Virus record (IMG/VR): IMGVR_UViG_3300023184_000140
Span: 1-59,107 of that record
Source of the DNA: a virus
Lineage: Duplodnaviria; Caudoviricetes
DNA length: 59,107 nucleotides
Strand: one strand, 5' to 3'
Position numbers and translations under genes: made by a program. The notes under the pieces were generated by a model that had not been told where the DNA came from, made no database searches, and saw nothing but the letters and a program-made list of their open reading frames with translations. Every line of letters starts with the position of its first letter. Position 1 is the first letter of the stretch. Shown here in pieces: positions 8,591-17,407 of this stretch.

Positions 8591-9546
8591 GTGACACAGT
8601 GTTTCCTGAACTGTCTCTTGATAGAAATAAAGTTCGCTGGGAAGAACATTTAGGTATCCGTACCCCGTGGGAGAACCATAAAGGTATCTGGTTCAAGCGT
8701 GAAGATTACTTTGCGCCTCTCGGTTACGGTGGTCCGAATGGTTCTAAGATGAGGCAGCTGATATGGTACGTAAACAAATTCAAGACCAATCGTACTCATA
8801 TAGTGACCGGAGCGAGCATCCAGTCTCCTCAGCTGTCTATGTCTGCGATTGTTGGAGCACATTACAACCTCAAGGCTCGCCAGATTGTTTACAGCAAACC
8901 AGAGACAGTTCTGAAACACGAAAACCCAAGAATTGCTTACGGTTTCGGTGCGGAGTTTGAATATGCTAACGGACCATATAATCCTATACTGCAGCGCATG
9001 GTTCAAGACTTAACTAAACCTACTTCGCTGGTCGTTGAGTACGGTATTACTGTACCGCATGACAGGTATCCGGCAGAGTACGTCCAGAAGTTCCACGAGG
9101 TGGGCGCTAATCAGGTCTCTAACATGCCTAATGACGTTCAGACGCTAATCATGCCTGCAGGTTCTTGCAACTCTCTTACCAGCGTTTTACTAGGTTTAAG
9201 CAGGGATAGTAAAAACTTAGAAACCTTGTTCACTATCGGTATCGGACCAGATAAGCGTAGCTGGGTGAAAGAGCGTTTAAAAGTTATGGGTGTTGACATG
9301 GACAAACTGCCGTTCAAAGTGCGTCATCATAGTCTGCACGATACCGGCTTCAGCAAGTACAGTGACAAGTTTAACGGAGAAGAATTTGACGGTATCAGGT
9401 TCCATCCAACGTATGAGGCAAAAATGTGGCGCTGGCTAAAGCAGACCAACATGTTTGAAAACGAACACGTAGGTTTTTGGATTGTAGGTAGTGCGCCTAA
9501 CTCTAAAGTTATTGAACCGTTCTACACGAGGAAATACGATGCTTGA
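8587..9546 (+). CDS. PLP-dependent enzyme (fold type II), putative DNA-base decarboxylase of the hypermodification pathway
   Basis: WFKREDYF...GGPNGSKMR contains the PLP lysine; PAGSCNS phosphate loop; FHPTYEAK. Adjacent to the amino-acid:DNA transferase, like M6 gp52 / ViI gp226. Confidence 0.85.
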   Translation: MSDTVFPELSLDRNKVRWEEHLGIRTPWENHKGIWFKREDYFAPLGYGGPNGSKMRQLIWYVNKFKTNRTHIVTGASIQSPQLSMSAIVGAHYNLKARQIVYSKPETVLKHENPRIAYGFGAEFEYANGPYNPILQRMVQDLTKPTSLVVEYGITVPHDRYPAEYVQKFHEVGANQVSNMPNDVQTLIMPAGSCNSLTSVLLGLSRDSKNLETLFTIGIGPDKRSWVKERLKVMGVDMDKLPFKVRHHSLHDTGFSKYSDKFNGEEFDGIRFHPTYEAKMWRWLKQTNMFENEHVGFWIVGSAPNSKVIEPFYTRKYDA

Positions 9547-10534
9547 TTATCGCCTACCTGAAAACAGGGCAGAGTATTTTGATGACCTGTACATAATGAA
9601 TTTAAAGAACGGTGTCATGCCAGGACTCGTGTATCTTTACATGCCTATGTTGTCTCACCATAACAGCTGGGACAGTGAGCAGACACTTTGGTTCGCGTTC
9701 TTAAACGGTATGACACAGAACCCTATTACGTCGTTGCGTCTGTTTGAGCAGCTGCCTGAGGTTCCTCCTGCTGGAGCAAAGTTGACTCAGTTTGACACAT
9801 GGTTCAACGATAACTGGGACACCCTGCAGTTTGACACAGACCGCCGGTATCAGAAGCGAGATACAATACAGGCGATAAAAGTTTACGCAGAGCTGGTTAA
9901 ACAGTTCGGCTCACAAAGTAAAATGCTACTCGACAAAGACTACGCTACTTTGTGGAACATAGTACGTAACCATTACCATTCTTTTGGCAGACTGTCGTCT
10001 TTCAGTTACCTTGAGTACGTACACTTAAACGGGTTCGGTGCAGACTGTAAAGACCTTTTGTTTGAAGACAAATCAGGTAGCAAGTCGCACCGTAACGGTA
10101 TGTTCTTTCTGCTGGGTCAAGATGATTTAGTATGGGACAAAAGACTACCGAACGGGCAGGATGGTAATTACACAGACTTTAAAAAGATATGTAGCTGGTT
10201 GAGCGTACAAGCTGACGAGTATTTAGAAAAGTTTTACACAAAGAAATACCCGCACTGGGGTGTGAGCAAGTTTACTTTCGAGTCTAACCTGTGTACGTTT
10301 AAGAATCATTTCTTCGGTCGTCGGTATCCTGGTGTGTACGCTGACATGGCATGGGAGCGTATTGAGTGGGCAGAATCTCGCGGTATAAACTGTGACATTT
10401 TTAAAGAGATGCGAGCCGCTAAGTTACCTGACTGGTTGCGTCAGGAATGCGGAACTGACAAGTTGACGCTGAAACAAAAAGCTGCTATATTCCCTGAGAC
10501 GGGTTTTCCGTACAGAGGAGAACATTTCTTATGA
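9539..10534 (+). CDS. Amino-acid:DNA transferase (aGPT-Pplase2 family)
   Basis: FDTDRRYQK, FGRLSSFSYLEY, SKSHRNG and FESNLCTFK...RRYPGVY motifs; ATG at 9539. Confidence 0.85.
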   Translation: MLDYRLPENRAEYFDDLYIMNLKNGVMPGLVYLYMPMLSHHNSWDSEQTLWFAFLNGMTQNPITSLRLFEQLPEVPPAGAKLTQFDTWFNDNWDTLQFDTDRRYQKRDTIQAIKVYAELVKQFGSQSKMLLDKDYATLWNIVRNHYHSFGRLSSFSYLEYVHLNGFGADCKDLLFEDKSGSKSHRNGMFFLLGQDDLVWDKRLPNGQDGNYTDFKKICSWLSVQADEYLEKFYTKKYPHWGVSKFTFESNLCTFKNHFFGRRYPGVYADMAWERIEWAESRGINCDIFKEMRAAKLPDWLRQECGTDKLTLKQKAAIFPETGFPYRGEHFL

Positions 10535-11115
10535 GACATCAATTAGTCAATATTCGTGGCTGTAACGGTTCGGGCAAGACTACGATCGTGCGTAGGTTTT
10601 TAGACAAACTACCTACGCAGTCTTTAGGCGGTAGACCGGATAAACCTGTCGGGTACAAAGTAGATGCGTCTGGCTGGGGTATTCAAGCTCCCGTATTTAT
10701 CGTAGGTAGTTATGAGAACACTTGCGGCGGAGCTGACGGAATAAAGACTCAGGAAGAAATTGCAGAGCGTATCGTACAAGCTTTACCTTACGGACACGTG
10801 ATTGTGGAAGGTTTGTTGATGTCTAAGTCTAGCGACAAAGGACACACAGCGCCTATCATAAGAGACCATAACGGTATATTTGCATTTTTAGATACACCAT
10901 GGGACGTATGTTTAGATAGAGTATTGAACCGCCGCTTAGCAGCCGGTAATGACAAAGAATTTGATCCTGAGAAAACGATGCGTATGGCGTATAAACAATG
11001 TCATCGTAGCGCAGAACTCTTAACCGCTGCCGGTGGTTATGACGTTAGATGGCTAGATTGGCAAGACCCTATAACTGGAGTAGTAGGATACTTTAAAGAG
11101 GCTGAAAATGGTTGA
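10531..11115 (+). CDS. P-loop kinase, putative 5-hydroxymethyluracil DNA kinase catalytic subunit or hmdUMP kinase
   Basis: NIRGCNGSGKTT Walker A; GSYENTCGGADGI; VIVEGL; FLDTPWDVCLDRVLNRR; located inside the cluster. Confidence 0.8.
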   Translation: MRHQLVNIRGCNGSGKTTIVRRFLDKLPTQSLGGRPDKPVGYKVDASGWGIQAPVFIVGSYENTCGGADGIKTQEEIAERIVQALPYGHVIVEGLLMSKSSDKGHTAPIIRDHNGIFAFLDTPWDVCLDRVLNRRLAAGNDKEFDPEKTMRMAYKQCHRSAELLTAAGGYDVRWLDWQDPITGVVGYFKEAENG

Positions 11116-12031
11116 GACCTGCCCGTACCCTAGACCGACTGCTGAAAATGTTTGCACGATGGAGTCACTGCTTTACTTCGTGTGGGAGAGAGAAGTCGTA
11201 AGGATCGTGAAAGAGCGAGGTGGTGAAAAGCCATGGACTAATGATCCCGTGTTTGAAAAATATAAGTTTACTAACATACACCGTAAAGACGACAGAGTAT
11301 CAAAGTGGATCATAAAAGAAATAATCAATCTAAACCTGAAAGATAAAAACCTTTGGTTCTCTTTGCTAATCGCGAGGTTAGTCAACTGGCCACCGACTCT
11401 TGAAAGGTTGCTCTATGAAGATATTATTCCATGCCCCCCAGAGGATTTCGACGGTAAAGCGTTCTCTAAAACTATTGAGAGCTTCAAAAAAGAATCGACG
11501 AAAGTTTACGGGGGAGCGTATATGGTTTACCCGACCAAGTTGGATATCGGTAAATGCAAATCGTATTCACTTTCGAAACATATTATCGGCGCTGCTATCG
11601 AGGCATCAGCAGAAATATATTTCTCTTTGTGGAGGAAGGATGAGAATAAGTCGGTTCAAAGCTTTGTCGATACGTTATCTAAATGCTATGGAATTAGCAC
11701 CTTCATGGCAGGGCAGGTCGCGGCAGATTTATCGTACGCCAGAGGTCATCTTGACGATGCGGAAGACTTATATACCTTTGCGCCGATGGGACCAGGTAGT
11801 ATGCGAGGGTTAAACTATTTACAGAATAGAAAACCTTTTGCTGGTTGGCAGCAAGATGATTTCAACCAGATACTGTACGACATAAATAAAAACATAGCAG
11901 AAGAATTACGCATAACTGATTTAACTTTACACGATGTACAGAACGTGATGTGTGAGTACGGTAAGTATTGCCGAGTTGTGTTAAACGAAGGTGTACCTAA
12001 AACATTATATAAGCCTGAAATGGAGTTCTAA
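11108..12031 (+). CDS. aGPT-Pplase1 / 5-hmdU DNA kinase helical-domain protein
   Basis: FVWERE...PWTNDPVFEKYKFTNIHRKDDRVSKW, FMAGQVAADL, GPGSMRGL and QNVMCEYGKY motifs. Confidence 0.85.
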   Translation: MVETCPYPRPTAENVCTMESLLYFVWEREVVRIVKERGGEKPWTNDPVFEKYKFTNIHRKDDRVSKWIIKEIINLNLKDKNLWFSLLIARLVNWPPTLERLLYEDIIPCPPEDFDGKAFSKTIESFKKESTKVYGGAYMVYPTKLDIGKCKSYSLSKHIIGAAIEASAEIYFSLWRKDENKSVQSFVDTLSKCYGISTFMAGQVAADLSYARGHLDDAEDLYTFAPMGPGSMRGLNYLQNRKPFAGWQQDDFNQILYDINKNIAEELRITDLTLHDVQNVMCEYGKYCRVVLNEGVPKTLYKPEMEF

Positions 12032-13030
12032 ATGGAAATAACTGTACGCAACGTCAACCAAGCTTTTTCTGAAGTATTCTGGAAGCTTAAAGCAGCTAAC
12101 TTACAACCTGAACAAACTAGAAACGGACCAGCGTTAGTGTTTCCAGAGCCTGTGATTACAACGTATCTACGACCAACAGAGAGGGTATTATTCCATGCCG
12201 GACGAGACGCCAATCCTATTTTTCACCTCATGGAAGCGATATGGATGCTTGCAGGACGCAATGATGTTGCATTCTTGGAACAATTTAATCGTACGATCGG
12301 GCAGTACAGCGACGACGGAAAAGTGTTTAACGCTGCCTACGGACACCGCTGGCGTAAACATTTTGGACATGATCAACTCATCGAAGTTATAAACCTTTTA
12401 CGTAAAGACCCTAAATCTCGACAAGCTGTGATTCAGATGTGGGACGATAAAGATTTAACGAAGGAAACTAAAGACAAAGCTTGCAATACGCAGGTTGTGT
12501 TCAGTATTCGCGGAGGTTTCTTTTTAGACATGACTGTGTTCAATAGGTCTAACGATATCTGGTGGGGAGCGTATGGCGCTAATGCTGTACACTTCAGCGT
12601 GTTACAAGAGTTCGTAGCTACTTCCGTAGGTATGCAGGTTGGCGTGTACCGTCAAATTAGCAATAATTTACATTTGTATACGGAACTGTATGATGCTGAG
12701 AAATACGTGAACTCTCCTCCGAACGCACACATATATGATCACTATAGCAACTACCTAGTTAAACCTTTGCCGCTCATGTTGGACGGTCATTACCAGAGCT
12801 TTTTATGGGACGCAGAAGAGTTTTGCACGAAACCTTTCAACGATAAAATTGTTTACCGCCACCCGTTCTTTCAAGGTGTAGCTGTACCTATGGCTACAGT
12901 CAGCGCGATGCGTAAAGGTAAAGTTACAGACGGAAGAGGTTACGCTTCAAAGATAAAAGCACCTGATTGGAAAAACGCTACGCTTCAATGGATCAATAAT
13001 AGAGAAGCTAAAAAGCAATCAAAAGTTTAA
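12032..13030 (+). CDS. dUMP hydroxymethylase (thymidylate synthase superfamily)
   Basis: TRNG, RDANPIFH, AYGHRWR, SRQAVIQMWD, catalytic DKACN, and RSNDIWWG...N with Asn at the dUMP-specificity position; NLHLY. Confidence 0.88.
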   Translation: MEITVRNVNQAFSEVFWKLKAANLQPEQTRNGPALVFPEPVITTYLRPTERVLFHAGRDANPIFHLMEAIWMLAGRNDVAFLEQFNRTIGQYSDDGKVFNAAYGHRWRKHFGHDQLIEVINLLRKDPKSRQAVIQMWDDKDLTKETKDKACNTQVVFSIRGGFFLDMTVFNRSNDIWWGAYGANAVHFSVLQEFVATSVGMQVGVYRQISNNLHLYTELYDAEKYVNSPPNAHIYDHYSNYLVKPLPLMLDGHYQSFLWDAEEFCTKPFNDKIVYRHPFFQGVAVPMATVSAMRKGKVTDGRGYASKIKAPDWKNATLQWINNREAKKQSKV

Positions 13031-13053
13031 TCTTGATTTGAAAATACAATCAA
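13010..13053. promoter_or_regulatory. Putative operator AATCAA-N10-TTGATT, copy 2
   Basis: AAAAAGCAATCAA-N10-TTGATTTGAAAATACAATCAA, upstream of TATAAT at 13072-13077. Confidence 0.6.
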
Positions 13054-13106
13054 CCAATGTTATTTTTAACCTATAATTCTTCGTATAACTCATAACTGGA
13101 GAGCGC

Positions 13107-13604
13107 ATGAAAACCACCCTTGAATTCATTTTAGCCGGTGCTGCTGTAAAGCGATACCACACGGTGACTACGCTCATGACTGAGACCGTTGGTCATCATT
13201 CGCATGGTGTTGCTTTGCTGTGTATGCTTCTTGACCTTAACCCGAGTCGGGGGTTAATACACGCTGCTCTTTTCCACGATTTAGCTGAGCATCAGACGGG
13301 TGATATACCTTCACCTGCTAAGCATAAATACGGCATCGGTGATCAGGTTAGCCAGCTTGAAGAAAAGTTACTCAAAGAAGCTGGTATAGCTATGCCTCAA
13401 CTTCATCCTGACGACGCAAGAATTTTAAAATTAGCAGACGTGGCACAAGGTGCGTTGTTCTGCGTGAAAGAAATGTCTCTAGGTAATAGTAACATGAGAA
13501 GCATTTTCAATCGTTATATCGCGTATGCTGAAGAGATGATGCTTTACGGACGTGAAAAAGAATTGTTTAATCTAATTAAGGAGATGGCAGATGAGTGCAA
13601 ATGA
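13107..13604 (+). CDS. HD-domain 5'-deoxynucleotide phosphohydrolase (YfbR/DatZ-like)
   Basis: VKRYH...ETVGHHS...AALFHDLAE...GDIPSP.K...LKLAD. Confidence 0.85.
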   Translation: MKTTLEFILAGAAVKRYHTVTTLMTETVGHHSHGVALLCMLLDLNPSRGLIHAALFHDLAEHQTGDIPSPAKHKYGIGDQVSQLEEKLLKEAGIAMPQLHPDDARILKLADVAQGALFCVKEMSLGNSNMRSIFNRYIAYAEEMMLYGREKELFNLIKEMADECK

Positions 13605-13842
13605 CAAGCAGGTTGCAGGTACGCATTACCGCTCAGGTATTCAGCACTGGGACTACGTGGTAGCTAACGATCTTGATTATTTTCAAGGTCAAATTACTAA
13701 GTACGTCACCCGTTGGAAAAATAAGAACGGTATGGCTGATTTGTTGAAAGCTCAACACTTCCTTGAGAAGTATATTGAGATCATCAACACGCCGCCTGAC
13801 GATGGTTCCGAACCTACTAGAAATTACATTAATCAGGACTAA
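13591..13842 (+). CDS. DUF3310 (SaV / T7 gp1.7-like) protein, putative nucleotide kinase
   Basis: QVAGTHY...QHWD...YFQGQITKYVTRWKNKNGMADLLKAQHFLEK. Confidence 0.85.
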   Translation: MSANDKQVAGTHYRSGIQHWDYVVANDLDYFQGQITKYVTRWKNKNGMADLLKAQHFLEKYIEIINTPPDDGSEPTRNYINQD

Positions 13843-15683
13843 TGGCTACGTTTGTGTTTGATACTGAGACATTACCGAATCGTACTTTGTTCTGCGCTAA
13901 AAACGTAGATACAGGCGAGTGGTTTGATCTCTGGCAGCATGAGGAAGACTCAGCGCAGAGACTGTTGAAATTTGTTCAGCAACCTGACTCTACGTTTGTA
14001 GGTTTCAATAACCGCTCGTTTGACAACGTAGTGGTTGCTGCATTTTGTGCCGGACGCACTTCGTTAGAAATTAAACGTATAGCTGACGATTTGATTGTGA
14101 ATCGTGTAGCACACTGGCAGGCAATGCGTAAGTTCAGTCTCAGGGACGTAATGATAGACACTATAGACATTATTGAAGTGGCTCCGTCGTTCGTAGGTTT
14201 AAAAGCTTACGGAGCGCGTATGCACATGCCTATACTGCAAGACATGCCGATAGCTCATGATGCTCATATTACGCTTGAGCAGGAACCGCTGGTGCTTGAA
14301 TATTGTCATAATGACGTTGATACTACGCAAGAGTTGCTACGCCAGCTTGAAAAAGAAATCATGCTCAGAGTAGACATGTCAAAGCAGTACAAAACTGACA
14401 TGCGTAGTAAGTCTGATTCACAGATGGCTGAACAAGCTTACGTAACGTCTATGAAGCTTGAGCGTAGAGATAATGAAGTACCAGACACCGTAACATACGT
14501 ACCTCCTCAGTTTCTCAAGTTCATAGATACCGAGTTACAAGGTTTGTTGGATAAGGTTTCTGTGCATGTGTTTGATATGAATAAAAACACAGGGCACGTC
14601 ATACTGCCAGATTTTTTGGGTGGAACTACAATAAAATTCGGCGTAGGTGAATATCAACTTGGAGTAGGAGGAATACATAGTGTACACGACAAATCAATCT
14701 GCTACGTCGCTGGTGACGACATCATCTGCGACATCGATGCTGCCTCGTTTTACCCCTCGATTATCCTTGAATGTGGTTTTATCCCCAAGTCGCTCGGGAA
14801 ACCGTTTATCGATGAGTACAGAAATATTTATAACAAACGACTCGAAGCAAAGCGAACCGGAGACAAAGTAATTAACGAAACTCTAAAGATTTCGTTAAAT
14901 GGCACTTTCGGTAAACTGGCCAGCAAATATTCAGTTCTTTATTCCCCCGATCTGATGTTAGCGGTAACGCTAACTGGCCAGTTTACACTTTTAATGTTGA
15001 TTGAATGGTTGGAGAAAGCCGGTGCGGTAACTTTATCCGCTAACACCGACGGCATAGCGATTCGCTACTCGAAATCGCTGCACGAGACCGTTCAGAAGGT
15101 TGTGGCTAAGTTTAGTGAAATATCGCGGTTTGAGTTTGAATTTACGCCATATAGAGCGTTAGCTATGAAAGACGTAAACAACTACATAGCAATCAAGCCA
15201 GATCGCAGTCTAAAAGTAAAAGGTATATATGCGCCGTTATCGTTGCGGAAGAACCCCACAGCGCAGGTCGCTTCAGACGCAGTCGGTCAGTGGCTCGCGG
15301 TCGGTACGCCATTTGAGGAGACTATACGCAATGCACCGTTTCAAGATTTTATCTCGGCTAGGAATGTCACTGGAGGGGGTGAGCAGTTTGGCAAATTCCT
15401 TGGCAAAGTCGTTCGTTGGTACCAATCTAGTGATGGTGAAGTGGATCCTATTAGATATGTTTCCAACGGAAACAAAGTACCAAAGACGGATGGTGCGAAA
15501 GCGTGCATGATTTTAAAAGACAAAGTCATACACCCTAAAGATTTAGACTATGACTGGTATATCAAAGAAGCAATTAAGATAGCTATAGCAGTAGGTTGCA
15601 AGGATTATTTAACAGCGGAGCAGTTGGCTTTGGTTGCTCCTCCACCAAAACAGCCTAGGAAGAAGAAAAATGGAACAGGGTAA
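13842..15683 (+). CDS. DNA polymerase, family B, with N-terminal 3'-5' exonuclease
   Basis: Exonuclease motifs FDTET, GFNNRSFD and YCHND; polymerase motifs DIDAASFYPS, KISLNGTFGK and SANTDG. Confidence 0.92.
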   Translation: MATFVFDTETLPNRTLFCAKNVDTGEWFDLWQHEEDSAQRLLKFVQQPDSTFVGFNNRSFDNVVVAAFCAGRTSLEIKRIADDLIVNRVAHWQAMRKFSLRDVMIDTIDIIEVAPSFVGLKAYGARMHMPILQDMPIAHDAHITLEQEPLVLEYCHNDVDTTQELLRQLEKEIMLRVDMSKQYKTDMRSKSDSQMAEQAYVTSMKLERRDNEVPDTVTYVPPQFLKFIDTELQGLLDKVSVHVFDMNKNTGHVILPDFLGGTTIKFGVGEYQLGVGGIHSVHDKSICYVAGDDIICDIDAASFYPSIILECGFIPKSLGKPFIDEYRNIYNKRLEAKRTGDKVINETLKISLNGTFGKLASKYSVLYSPDLMLAVTLTGQFTLLMLIEWLEKAGAVTLSANTDGIAIRYSKSLHETVQKVVAKFSEISRFEFEFTPYRALAMKDVNNYIAIKPDRSLKVKGIYAPLSLRKNPTAQVASDAVGQWLAVGTPFEETIRNAPFQDFISARNVTGGGEQFGKFLGKVVRWYQSSDGEVDPIRYVSNGNKVPKTDGAKACMILKDKVIHPKDLDYDWYIKEAIKIAIAVGCKDYLTAEQLALVAPPPKQPRKKKNGTG

Positions 15684-16017
15684 CGAAAGAACAGTGTACG
15701 TTGTACAAGTTGACAATAACAAAGATTTATCAGACGCTAAAAAATATGGGAAGTTACGTGCTATATTTGCTAATCCTCGTAAGCCTTACGATACTCATCA
15801 GTTATTGAATAAAGCTCGTAGGGAACTCAAAGACTGGCAGTCAGGAGATTATCTTTTGATAGTCGGTGATCCTACGCTTTGTGCAGTAGCTATGTCCGTA
15901 ATAACGGAATACCACTCACTGGTAAACGTACTAAGCTGGGATAGGAATCAATTTCAATATACAACTCAGCGTTGGGACTTCGGTATACTTTTCAACGATG
16001 AGTTTCAGGTTTTATAA
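15670..16017 (+). CDS. Conserved phage protein (alpha/beta) next to the DNA polymerase
   Basis: VYVVQ...AKKYGKL...DYLLIVGDP; ATG at 15670. Confidence 0.75.
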   Translation: MEQGNERTVYVVQVDNNKDLSDAKKYGKLRAIFANPRKPYDTHQLLNKARRELKDWQSGDYLLIVGDPTLCAVAMSVITEYHSLVNVLSWDRNQFQYTTQRWDFGILFNDEFQVL

Positions 16018-16059
16018 GTGCGGACGACAAACCGCCAATCTTCAGAAAGGAGAAACAAA

Positions 16060-16800
16060 ATGTCAGACTGGCAAAAGAGCCTTAGAAAAGGCAAGCAGGA
16101 AATACCCCCTCGTATTTGTATCTACGGAGGACACGGTATCGGTAAATCAACATTGGCGAGTCAGTTTCCTAAACCAATCTTCATAAGCACTGAAGACGGT
16201 TTAGATTCTTTGGACGTGGTCAGCTTCCCTAGAGCTGCCTCAGTCACCGATGTGGTTGAGAGCATTAAAACGCTTATTAAAGAAGATCACGAGTACAAGA
16301 CAGTTGTAATTGACTCGGTTGATTGGCTAGTTGAGCCATTGATCACGCAGAACGTAGAAAGCTCTCATGAGGCTAAAGATCTAGCTTACGGTAAAGGTCA
16401 GATGCTAGTAGCTGAAGAGTTCCGTGAAATTCTGCAAGGTTTAGACGTGTTGCGCACAAAACGTAATATGAATGTTGTGTTGATTGCACACTCAGCCGTT
16501 ATACGTTTTGAAGATCCGCGGACTGAACCGTATGATCGGTATCAACCTAAGTTACCTAACCGTTGCAATGCGTTATTGATGGAATGGGCAGACGTGTTAG
16601 CTTTTGCTGCTTTCAAAGTCATCATCCGTAAAGCAGACACCGGATTCAACAATACGAAGAATCGTGGTGTCACAACTGGTGAGCGATTATTACATTTCGT
16701 TGAGAATCCGGCGTATGCTGCAAAGAATCGTTACGCATGCCCAGACGAAGTCGAGATGACTATCGAAAATGTCGCTAAACTTATTCCTATTGCCAACTAA
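16060..16800 (+). CDS. AAA_24 / Sak4-like ATPase (recombination)
   Basis: IYGGHGIGKST, TVVIDSVDW, VLIAH and AKNR motifs; AAGGAG RBS before ATG at 16060. Confidence 0.88.
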   Translation: MSDWQKSLRKGKQEIPPRICIYGGHGIGKSTLASQFPKPIFISTEDGLDSLDVVSFPRAASVTDVVESIKTLIKEDHEYKTVVIDSVDWLVEPLITQNVESSHEAKDLAYGKGQMLVAEEFREILQGLDVLRTKRNMNVVLIAHSAVIRFEDPRTEPYDRYQPKLPNRCNALLMEWADVLAFAAFKVIIRKADTGFNNTKNRGVTTGERLLHFVENPAYAAKNRYACPDEVEMTIENVAKLIPIAN

Positions 16801-16810
16801 GGAGATTACC

Positions 16811-17293
16811 ATGGCTAAATTTGGTTTTGATGTATCCGCTGTAGAAGTTTCGGCTCCTGTTTCTTATGATCCTATTCCTGAGGGGGAATATACTCTCAAA
16901 GCTGTGGATGCTGAAGAAAAAGCTACGAGCAAAGGTGATGGATCTTACATTAAGGTTAAGTTTGAAGTAGCTAAAGGTGACTATGCTGGTCGCTTGATTT
17001 GGCAAAACTTTAATCATAATAACCCTAGTGAAAAAGCTCAGAACATTGGGCGACAACAGCTCATTGCATGGGCTTCAGCTTGCGGTAAAGCGGATGCTGA
17101 AGACACTGACAAGCTTTTGGATAAACCGTTCTCAGCAGTCGTGGCGATTGAAAAAGGTACTGGTGGTTATTCTGACAGTAACCGCATTAAAGTTTTCTTG
17201 TCTGGCGCTGCTGAGTCTGCTCCAAAAGCTGCCCCAAAAGCAGCACCCAAACCAGCTCCGGCAGCAGCTAAAACAGGCAATCCTTGGGATTAA
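16811..17293 (+). CDS. DUF669 single-stranded DNA-binding protein
   Basis: PIPEGEY...G.YAGRLIW.NFN...A.NIGRQQL, low-complexity tail ending in NPWD; follows the Sak4-like gene. Confidence 0.82.
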   Translation: MAKFGFDVSAVEVSAPVSYDPIPEGEYTLKAVDAEEKATSKGDGSYIKVKFEVAKGDYAGRLIWQNFNHNNPSEKAQNIGRQQLIAWASACGKADAEDTDKLLDKPFSAVVAIEKGTGGYSDSNRIKVFLSGAAESAPKAAPKAAPKPAPAAAKTGNPWD

Positions 17294-17310
17294 TGTAGCA
17301 ACGACACCCA

Positions 17311-17386
17311 GCCGGAGGTGGTGTAAAACACCGGCAGTGGGGGCTAAAGTATATCGTTAGGCAGTTTCCTTCTTTAGTGACCCCAC
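17311..17386 (+). other. Two intergenic hairpins, candidate structured RNA or ssDNA element
   Basis: GCCGG...CCGGC enclosing GGTG-TAAAA-CACC; then GTGGGGGCTAAAG...CTTTAGTGACCCCAC. Confidence 0.5.
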
Positions 17387-17407
17387 ATCTACATAACAGG
17401 AGAACTT

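Noticed and set aside
8587-9546. Auxiliary metabolic ACC deaminase or D-cysteine desulfhydrase
   Set aside because: The fold is shared, but the gene overlaps the amino-acid:DNA transferase gene, matching PLP enzymes that act on DNA bases.
12032-13030. Ordinary thyA or dCMP hydroxymethylase
   Set aside because: The sequence is divergent from ThyA, has Asn rather than Asp at the specificity position, and clusters with hmU-processing genes; no DHFR or glycosyltransferase was seen.
13107-13604. DatZ indicating a 2-aminoadenine (Z) genome
   Set aside because: No PurZ or adenylosuccinate-synthetase homolog is present; the neighbours point to thymidine modification.
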